Origin: Vulcanimicrobiota bacterium
Lineage (GTDB): Bacteria > Vulcanimicrobiota > Vulcanimicrobiia > Vulcanimicrobiales > Vulcanimicrobiaceae
Direction: 5' to 3'
NCBI GenBank assembly: GCA_963723515.1
Contig: CAVRQT010000002.1
Span: 608,001-672,000 of the forward strand
Length of the DNA stretch: 64,000 nt
Shown: one piece after another, positions 21,873 through 31,166 of the stretch
Layout of the letters: each line of letters opens with the position of its first letter
Position numbering within the stretch: the first letter of the stretch is position 1
Program-made: the position numbers and the translations under genes
The notes under the pieces: generated by a model
What the model was told of the DNA's origin: nothing
The model's database searches: none
What the model saw: only the letters and a program-made list of their open reading frames with translations

Positions 21873-22730
21873 CTAGCGGCGGGAACGTCTGCGCCGGCGA
21901 TTGCGCCGCGAGCTCGAGCCGTTCGGACTCGGCTTCAATTTGACCGGCGTTTCAGGTTCTGCGGTGACGCCTTCAGTGATCGCATGCTCGGAATCCAAGA
22001 CCGAAAGCGGCTGATGGTATTTTCGCAAGAGATAGAGCTGCTGCGCCATCGTGAAAACGTTTAATGCGGTCCAGTAAAGGATCATCGCGGACGGCCAGCG
22101 CGCGCGAAATCCGAAATACGCAATCATCGCGGGCGAGAGAATCGCCATCATTTTCTGTGTGCGCGCCTGCGCCGGATCCGTCGCTGGCATAGTCGTGTAG
22201 CGCATGCTAAGGTACATCGTTACGATATAGACTAGCAGCAATATGAGGTCGGACTCTTTGAGGCTCGTGGCCATAATCGGCCAGTGGGCATGCGCATTGA
22301 TCGCATACGAGAGTGTCGACCCGATCCAAGCCCACGTCGCCGCAGCATACGCGCCAATGTGATCCTTATTTGTGACTGCGTAGTAGACGCTGATGATGAT
22401 CGGCATCTGTATAAGCAGCGGCAGACAACCCGCCATCGGATTGACGCCGGCTTCTTTATAGAGCGCCATCTGTTCGCGTTGCATCGCTTGCGGATCCGGC
22501 TTGCTCTTGTACTTCGCCTGAAGCGCTTTGATACGGGGCGCGATCTTCTGCATGCCGACCATCGTCTTGAATTGCGATGTGTTCAGCGGCCAAAATGCGA
22601 GCCGCACGAGCAGTGCAAAGATAATCAGGCTCCAACCGAGGTTGTGAACCGGGATGTTGATCGCGTTGATGATGTTGCCAACGAGCGTGATAAGCGGGAC
22701 GAGCGGGTTGGCGAACAACAAGATGTGCAA
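21873..22730 (-). CDS. yidC: membrane protein insertase YidC (short form)
   Basis: GWSLII, NPMAGCLPLLIQMPI, LYW, basic C-terminal tail. Confidence 0.95.
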   Translation of the reverse strand: MHILLFANPLVPLITLVGNIINAINIPVHNLGWSLIIFALLVRLAFWPLNTSQFKTMVGMQKIAPRIKALQAKYKSKPDPQAMQREQMALYKEAGVNPMAGCLPLLIQMPIIISVYYAVTNKDHIGAYAAATWAWIGSTLSYAINAHAHWPIMATSLKESDLILLLVYIVTMYLSMRYTTMPATDPAQARTQKMMAILSPAMIAYFGFRARWPSAMILYWTALNVFTMAQQLYLLRKYHQPLSVLDSEHAITEGVTAEPETPVKLKPSPNGSSSRRNRRRRRSRR

Positions 22731-22764
22731 GTAAGAGATTCCTTAGCGTAGGCGGCGCAACAGG

Positions 22765-22974
22765 TTAGGGCACGGGGTCAAAACCGCTCGGACCCCACGG
22801 GTGACACCGAAGCAGTCGCCCGGCGGCAAGCGATACTCCGCGAATTGCACCGTGTTTCGCGATTGCCTGGGCGGCGTACTGCGAACACGTGGGCTCGAAG
22901 CGGCAGGCGCTGGGCAAGAGTGGTGAGATCAGCAGCTTGTATCCACGCAGAATTGCCATAAGCAAAGATCTCAT
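22765..22974 (-). CDS. yidD: membrane protein insertion efficiency factor
   Basis: [29 protein letters not shown]. Confidence 0.96.
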   Translation of the reverse strand: MRSLLMAILRGYKLLISPLLPSACRFEPTCSQYAAQAIAKHGAIRGVSLAAGRLLRCHPWGPSGFDPVP

Positions 22975-23297
22975 CGCATGCCCTGCACAGCATGCATCAA
23001 TTCAATTTTCAGTTGCTCGAACTGCGCCCCGGCCGCCGCAGGCCGGGCCTCGATCAGAAGGCGCTGCGGCAAGCTCCCTTGGCGCGAGATTTCATCGAGG
23101 ATCGCTAAGAGACGGCGGCGCACGCGATTGCGGGTCACGGCATTCCCGACGGAGCGGGCCGTCGAGATTCCGACCAGCGCCTGGCCCAGGGGAGAGTCGG
23201 CACGATAGACCGTGAGTGCGCCGGTTGCCGTTCGCCGGCCAGCGCGGCGCAGTCGCGAGAAGTCGCCGCGGCGCCGCAGGCTGGCAAACGTTCGCAT
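22971..23297 (-). CDS. rnpA: ribonuclease P protein component
   Basis: [17 protein letters not shown] motif; synteny. Confidence 0.93.
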   Translation of the reverse strand: MRTFASLRRRGDFSRLRRAGRRTATGALTVYRADSPLGQALVGISTARSVGNAVTRNRVRRRLLAILDEISRQGSLPQRLLIEARPAAAGAQFEQLKIELMHAVQGMR

Positions 23298-23431
23298 CAG
23301 ACCGCTAGGCGCTTGCGCCCTTTTCGCCGGCGTGCCGAAATCACGCGTCGTCCGTTCTTCGTCGCCATCCGCTTCAAGAAGCCGTGCACCCGTTTGCGGC
23401 GGCGGTTGTGCGGCTGAAAAGTGCGCTTCAT
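23297..23431 (-). CDS. rpmH: 50S ribosomal protein L34 (not in the ORF track)
   Basis: Manual translation [44 protein letters not shown]. Confidence 0.97.
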   Translation of the reverse strand: MKRTFQPHNRRRKRVHGFLKRMATKNGRRVISARRRKGRKRLAV

Positions 23432-23432
23432 G

Positions 23433-23632
23433 CTAGAAGGCGCTCCGCTCTAAGCGCAGCTTGTCCTGAGCGCCGTCGAAGGACGCCCCCCAGCCGAGCT
23501 GGGGCCCCCCGGCCATAGCTCCCTCACGCGTGACGACCCGCCACGATTCCCCGCGGGGTCGCTTAACTAACATCATAAACCTCCACAGCTCCCGCACGAT
23601 CATCGGCACGCCAACCTCGCGAGGTCGCATAA
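23433..23632 (-). repeat. composite leader element, copy 1 (upstream of rpmH)
   Basis: Same modules and overall length as 28728-28926; contains a 65-codon ORF at 23433-23630. Confidence 0.85.
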
Positions 23633-23689
23633 ACTAGCATACACTAATGGAAAGAGGCGGCCGCTTCGCGCGGCCGCATACAGCCACCT

Positions 23690-23719
23690 AGTATAGGGGT
23701 CCGCGTCAGCAAGCGTCAA
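23690..23719 (-). promoter_or_regulatory. sigma70-type promoter for the rpmH operon
   Basis: Minus strand TTGACG-18 nt-TATACT. Confidence 0.7.
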
Positions 23720-23724
23720 GGCCG

Positions 23725-23900
23725 CTTTCCACACGTGTGGACAACGCTGTGGACAACGGTCGGTTTGGTGCGTGACATACGGTGTCGGAAGGCGCATGAA
23801 CAGTACGTTATCGCGCATGTCAAGAGGCAAAAGCGGCCTGCGAAAAATGTTTGTTTCGGGCGATAAAACCGTCATTTTCGGGCTGTGGATAAGTGGATAA
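23725..23900. promoter_or_regulatory. DnaA-box cluster upstream of dnaA
   Basis: CTTTCCACA 23725, TGTGGACAA 23736 and 23748, perfect TGTGGATAA 23884, AGTGGATAA 23892. Confidence 0.85.
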
Positions 23901-24030
23901 ATCCGTGCAAAAAACCCGCAGGATACGCCCCTGAAAGCGCAAACGTTTGCGCTCCGCTGCGACGGTTCATTAACGTCAAAGCCTTAAGAACTCGGCGCGC
24001 AAATACTTTCAAAGGACGGTACCTCCGGCT

Positions 24031-25393
24031 ATGGCGCTTGCGTTCAGCAACTCCGACATTTCGAATGAGCTGTGGCAATCTGCGCTCGTCGCATTAGAGC
24101 AGCGCTTTTCCAAACCGGTCTACGAGATGTGGATCAAGCCGATCAGATTCGTCAGTCTGTCGGGCAGCGAACTTACACTCGCCGTTCAATCAAACTTCGC
24201 CCGCGATTGGGTCGAGAACCGTCTAAAGCCACAGATTCGTGACATCCTTACCGAGGTGTTAGGGGCAGAACTCGAACTGCACTTCACGGTCGCCCCGGAC
24301 GCCCCCGACGCTGCGGCTGAGGCGCCGGCCCCGGAGCCCCAGCCCAAGGCCCCGGACGAGTACCGGCCCGGCAATCTGAACTCTCGCTACACCTTCGAAG
24401 AGTTTGTCGTCGGAAACAGCAACCGCTTTGCCCACGCGGCCGCGCAGGCAGTGGCCGTTACCCCGGCACGCGCCTACAACCCGCTCTTTATCTATGGCGG
24501 CGTCGGCCTCGGGAAGACGCATTTGATGCATGCGATCGGCCATCGTGTCATGCAAGAGAATCGGAGCGCGAACGTCGTCTATGTTTCAAGCGAGAAGTTT
24601 ACCAACGAATTCATCATCGCGATCAAAAACAACCAGACGCCGGAGTTTCGCAACAAGTACCGCCATGTCGACGTGCTGCTGATCGACGACATCCAATTCC
24701 TCGAAGGCAAAGAGCAGACGCAAGAAGAGTTCTTTCATACCTTCAACTCGCTGCACGAGTCCGGGCGGCAGCTCGTGATCTCGAGCGACCGTCCACCCAA
24801 AGAAATCCAAACGCTCGAGAATCGTTTGCGCTCGCGATTCGAATGGGGTTTGCTGACCGATATTCAATCGCCGGACTTAGAGACACGCGAAGCGATCTTG
24901 CGCAAGAAAGCGGAATCAGAAAAGGTTCCGGTTCCCGACGAAATCACAACGTTCATCGCCCGCGTTATTCCTTCGAACATTCGCGAACTTGAAGGCGCAT
25001 TGATTCGCGTCGTTGCCTTCGCATCGCTGACCAAATCCGCGATCACGTTGGAGCTTGCAACCGAAGTGCTCAAGAGTGCCGTGGCACAAGTTCCGTTGCG
25101 TCGCGTTACGATTCTGCTTGATTAAAGAGCGCGTCTCTCGCGCCCACGGCCTGACCGTAAAAGAGATGGATTACCAGCGCCGCGATCAGCGATTAGCAGC
25201 GCCGCGCCAGATCGCCATGTACATCGCGCGCGAGCTCACCGACTGCTCTTTGCCGCAGATTGCCCGCGAGTTCGGTAAGAAAGATCATACGACGGTGATG
25301 TACGCCTATAACAAAGTTAAGGATCAGATGCAACGCGACGAGGCGTACCGCAACAAGGTTCGCTCGCTGATCACGCTGTGCCAAAACGAGTGA
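24031..25393 (+). CDS. dnaA: chromosomal replication initiator DnaA, apparent frameshift near 25117
   Basis: [34 protein letters not shown]; domain IV PRQIAMY...KDHTTV in the next frame. Confidence 0.97.
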
Positions 25394-25635
25394 TCATCGC
25401 CCTCCACAATTTCGGTTACAAGGCCTATACGAAAACTGCGGATAACGGCGCCTTGGACGCCGGGCGGGTAAAAGTGCAGAGCTCACCGCGACATCTGCAC
25501 AGTTTGTCCGAACCGAAAGTCCAGCGGCGGCGCGGTATCGGGCACTTGTACGCAGAATACACCGCCTTACTACTATAGACCGTTACTCATTTATTTATAT
25601 CTGGAAAAACGGCGCAGTTTAAAAACGGTGGATGA
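25394..25635. other. probable oriC unwinding region (dnaA-dnaN intergenic)
   Basis: Degenerate DnaA boxes (25400, 25437, 25493, 25546, 25555), TTACTACTAT trio-like run and an AT-rich tract at 25583-25625; gene orientation switches across this region. Confidence 0.75.
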
Positions 25636-26751
25636 ATGAAGTTCACGTGTAACACTAAGGACATCTCGGCCGCCGTCGGCGCGGCAAGCAAGGTCGTCAA
25701 CGCGCACACGACGGTTCCGATCCTCTCAAACGTGCTGTTGACGGCCAATGGTGAGCGCATATCGGTGCGCGCGACGGATCTCGAACTGACGCTCGAGCAC
25801 GCTTTTCCGGCGGAAATATCGGAGCCGGGCAGCGTGACGGTGCCGGCGCGGCTTTTCTCCGGCTATCTCGGAAATCTGCCGCCGGGACTGCTCGAGCTCA
25901 AAGGCACGCCGACACGCGCGACCGTCAAATGCGAGCGTTCGAACTACGATTTTCACGCGTTGCCGGCCGACGAATACCCGCCGCTTCCCTCCGCGCAAAA
26001 GGGCCAGACATTTACGATCTCCGCGAAGCGCTTTCGTGCCGGCGTCGCCGGCACGATCTTTGCCGCCTCCAGCGAGGAAGCGCGCGGCGCCGTCTTGATG
26101 GGGACGCTGCTTGAAGTCGATGGCGACTCACTGACGATGGTCGCCACCGACGGCTACCGCCTTGCGAAGTTTCAAACGAATTTGGAGAGCGGCATCTCCG
26201 GTGCCGAAAAATACATCATCCCCTCGCGCGCTCTCGCTGAGGCGGCACGCAACCTTGGCGCAACCGACACGATAACGATCAGCGCGCTCGGTGCACAGAA
26301 CAATCAGCTGGCGGTCGCAGCGGGAGACACGTCGATCATCGTGCGGCTCGTCGACGGGCAGTATCCGAATTACGGGCAGGTTATTCCCGAAAAATTCGAT
26401 CGCTCGTGCGCCGTCAATACGGCGCAATTGATTGCCGGACTCAAACGCGCGGAGTTAGTGGCCGGCGATCGCGCTTCGATGGTCAAGCTCGCGATCTCGA
26501 ATCAGACACTGATTCTCACGGCGTCATCCGACATCGCCGGCAACGCCTACGAGGAACTGGAAGTCGAGCAAACCGGTGAGGACTTAACGATCGCCTTTAA
26601 CGCGCGCTATCTCGTCGAGATTCTCAACCACATCGAAAGCCCGCAGACCGTCATGGAGTTCTTGGGTCCGCTCTCGCCGACGGCGATCAAACCGCAAGAA
26701 CAATCGGAGGATGGCACGCAGCTGTATGTCTTGATGCCGCTGCGGCAGTAA
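25636..26751 (+). CDS. dnaN: DNA polymerase III beta clamp
   Basis: PILSNVLL, ATDLE, VATDGYRL, GQYPNY, FNARY, VLMPLR. Confidence 0.97.
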   Translation: MKFTCNTKDISAAVGAASKVVNAHTTVPILSNVLLTANGERISVRATDLELTLEHAFPAEISEPGSVTVPARLFSGYLGNLPPGLLELKGTPTRATVKCERSNYDFHALPADEYPPLPSAQKGQTFTISAKRFRAGVAGTIFAASSEEARGAVLMGTLLEVDGDSLTMVATDGYRLAKFQTNLESGISGAEKYIIPSRALAEAARNLGATDTITISALGAQNNQLAVAAGDTSIIVRLVDGQYPNYGQVIPEKFDRSCAVNTAQLIAGLKRAELVAGDRASMVKLAISNQTLILTASSDIAGNAYEELEVEQTGEDLTIAFNARYLVEILNHIESPQTVMEFLGPLSPTAIKPQEQSEDGTQLYVLMPLRQ

Positions 26752-26767
26752 AGCGTCCGAAGCGATC

Positions 26768-27871
26768 CTGCGCCTGAACCACGTCGCGCTTTCGAATTTA
26801 CGAAACTACTCGAATTTGGAGCTCGAGCCGCAGCCGGGCTTAAATGTCTTTATCGGTGAGAACGCGCAAGGCAAGAGTAATCTGCTCGAAGCGATCGCGC
26901 TGCTCGGCACCGGAAAATCGTTTCGCACGAGCCGGGAAGCGGATCTGATCAAGCACGGGTTGTCGATCGCGTCCATTTCGGGGGAAGCGCAGATGCGAGC
27001 CGGTACGGTTCGCTTGAGTTGCACGATTGCGAACACCGGTCGTGGCATTCGCAAAACCTATACACTAAACGGCGAGCCGGTCCGCTACGCGCGGTTCCTC
27101 GGCTCGGCAAAAATCGTGACCTTCACACCCTGGGATCTCCAACTCGTTACCGGCGCGCCGAGCCTGCGACGCGCGATGCTGAACGGTGCTCTCTCGCAAG
27201 CTCAGCCGATGTACTACAGCCATCTTTTGCGTTATCAAAAGGCACTCGCGCAAAAGGCGGCATTGCTGCGTGGCGCGATCGAACCCGACGCGGAACTCAT
27301 ACGCGTATATAACCAAACGCTCGTCGATCACGGTGCCGGATTGATGGCGGCGCGAGCGCAGTTTGTCGAAGCGCTCAATACGCCTGCGCACAATGTCTAT
27401 CGCAAGTGGACGGGCGGCGACGAGCGCTTAACGCTATCCTACGAGCCGAACGTGCCCTTTGAGGCTCGCACCCAAGACGCGATCGAGGCGGCGTTACATG
27501 CGCGCTTGGCGGCGGTCGCGCAATTGGAAGCACAGCGGAAGATGTGCATCGCGGGGCCGCATCGCGATGACGTTACGCTCTTACTGGACGGCATGTCGCT
27601 GGCCGCGTTTGGTTCGCAAGGGCAGCATCGGATGGCGGTACTCGCACTCAAAGTTGCCGAATACATCGTCATGCAAGAGCGCGGCGCGGAAGCGCCATTG
27701 CTATTTCTCGACGACGTGCTTTCCGAATTGGATCATCGCCGCGCCGCGGCGTTCCTGAGCGGCATCGGCAATTACGAGCAGGCGTTCATGACGGCAACGA
27801 GCGTTCCAAACGGTATTCCGGCCGCGGCGCAATATCGGATCACGCAAGCGGCGCTGGAGCGCATCGCATGA
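26768..27871 (+). CDS. recF: DNA replication/repair protein RecF (probable CTG start)
   Basis: RLNHVALSNLRNY N-terminus, GENAQGKSNLLEAI, GPHRDD, GSQGQ, LDDVLSELD. Confidence 0.95.
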   Translation: MRLNHVALSNLRNYSNLELEPQPGLNVFIGENAQGKSNLLEAIALLGTGKSFRTSREADLIKHGLSIASISGEAQMRAGTVRLSCTIANTGRGIRKTYTLNGEPVRYARFLGSAKIVTFTPWDLQLVTGAPSLRRAMLNGALSQAQPMYYSHLLRYQKALAQKAALLRGAIEPDAELIRVYNQTLVDHGAGLMAARAQFVEALNTPAHNVYRKWTGGDERLTLSYEPNVPFEARTQDAIEAALHARLAAVAQLEAQRKMCIAGPHRDDVTLLLDGMSLAAFGSQGQHRMAVLALKVAEYIVMQERGAEAPLLFLDDVLSELDHRRAAAFLSGIGNYEQAFMTATSVPNGIPAAAQYRITQAALERIA

Positions 27872-28710
27872 GCTTGCTGCGGCTTTCAGATGCTTGCCGT
27901 AATTGGGCACCGCTGCAGGATACGCATGTCCAGCCGCTGGTCGCGATTGCTGCGGCGTGGCCGGCGATCGTAGGAACGCAGGTCGCCGCAAATTCACAGC
28001 CTCTTGAAATACGCGGTGATACGCTGATCATCGCAACGCGCTCGCATTCATGGACGCACCAGCTCAGTTTCATGACCGAACAGGTCATCGCCGCCATTAC
28101 GCGAGATGCGCCCGTCGCAAAAATCGAACGCGTGCGTTTCCGTGTCGGGCGCGTTACGCCGGCGCGTGCGACTGCCGTGCGCCATACCCAAAGACGTCCT
28201 CAGCCAAAGGGGCTTCCCGAAGATCGGCCACCGGTAAAGTCGCTAAACGACGTGCTGACGCGCTTTCGTGAAGACGTTCGATCCGCGCGCGAAGCGCGGA
28301 TCGCAAGTGGGGCGCGGCTATGCCGTGGTTGCGGCATTGCGATGGCGCAAGGGCGGCCCGCATGCTGTGCGCCATGTTTGCAAGCCGAAACCGACCAACG
28401 GCATCGAGCGGTCGCGCGGCTGCTCTTTGAGGCGCCGTGGCTTGGCTTTGCCGGCATCTCAGCACTGGTCGACGGCCTGACCGAACGTGATTACGGAGTC
28501 GTACGCCTGAAGTTGTTGCGCCGGTGGTGGGAGACGCTTTTGAAAGCGCAGCGGGCCGGGCGGCTTTCACCGGATCGTCGCGAGAGATTGATCGCCAGTT
28601 CTTACGTTATCTTAAGGAGCGGGCTCGATCCCGAGCACATCGTTCCGCCGGTCGTGCGCAATTTGCTCGGTGACGAACTGCACGACTTAATCTACGGAAT
28701 CTCGAACTAA
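27868..28710 (+). CDS. DUF721/DciA-like protein with zinc ribbon and C-terminal extension
   Basis: WPAIVGTQVAANSQP...W..QLSF...IERVRFRVG pattern; located between recF and gyrB; CRGC...CAPC. Confidence 0.8.
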   Translation: MSLLRLSDACRNWAPLQDTHVQPLVAIAAAWPAIVGTQVAANSQPLEIRGDTLIIATRSHSWTHQLSFMTEQVIAAITRDAPVAKIERVRFRVGRVTPARATAVRHTQRRPQPKGLPEDRPPVKSLNDVLTRFREDVRSAREARIASGARLCRGCGIAMAQGRPACCAPCLQAETDQRHRAVARLLFEAPWLGFAGISALVDGLTERDYGVVRLKLLRRWWETLLKAQRAGRLSPDRRERLIASSYVILRSGLDPEHIVPPVVRNLLGDELHDLIYGISN

Positions 28711-28720
28711 AAAAGAAGAT

Positions 28721-28926
28721 ATGTCACTTACGCGACCCCACGGGGAATGCTGCTTCGCGAATTATCGTGAGGGAGCGAAGAATAGAATTGTTGTTACGCG
28801 ACCCCGCGGGGAATCGAGGCGCTTCAAAAATGGTGATGGAGCGATAGTCTTGGGCGCCCCAGCTCGGCTGGGGGGCGCCCTTCGACGCGCTCAGGACAAG
28901 CTGCGCTTGGAGCGGAGCGCCTTGTA

Positions 28927-28927
<1 letters not shown>
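28721..28927 (+). repeat. composite leader element, copy 2 (upstream of gyrB)
   Basis: Shares modules with 23433-23632; contains a 68-codon ORF whose TAA overlaps the gyrB ATG. Confidence 0.85.
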
Positions 28928-30826
<1,899 letters not shown>

Positions 30827-30903
30827 TGGAGTCGCGGAACGCCGCTGCCACCAGAGCCGTTTTCAAGGGTACAAGAGAGCCGCGTAGGCTAGGCCGCGGT
30901 TTA

Positions 30904-31148
30904 GGGACCCGCGCGCGATAGTTTGCGCGGAGGCGTATGAGGCGAGTTTCTGCCGCATCGTGGCGAAGATGAACGCAACGTTGCGCGAAGTGCAACGCGT
31001 ATCGGGACCCGCTGCGCGAAGTTTGCGCGGGGGCGTGTCGAGTTGGGGACCCGCGCGCGATAGTTTGCGCGGGGGCGTGTGAGGCGAGTTTCTGCCGCAT
31101 CGTGGCAGAAGGGAGCCGAAACGCCGAACGTTGCGCGAAGTGCAACGC
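30904..31148. repeat. mosaic cluster of short palindromic repeats
   Basis: Three copies of GGGACCCGC..GCGA(T)AGTTTGCGCGG, two of GAGGCGAGTTTCTGCCGCATCGTGGC and two of AACGTTGCGCGAAGTGCAACGC. Confidence 0.9.
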
Positions 31149-31166
31149 TGTCTAAAGGAGAGCGCT

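Noticed and set aside
23518..23566. Functional tRNA-Glu gene
   Set aside because: No D arm or acceptor 5' strand, the T stem cannot pair, and there is no CCA end
28728..28842. CRISPR array (66-nt period, CCCCGCGGGG core reminiscent of type I-E repeats)
   Set aside because: Only two units per locus, the repeat is split into two conserved blocks, the copies diverge, and there are no cas genes in the window
30904..31148. CRISPR array or protein-coding ORFs in the post-gyrB repeat
   Set aside because: The intervening segments are themselves repeated and unevenly spaced; the ORFs are just translations of the repeat
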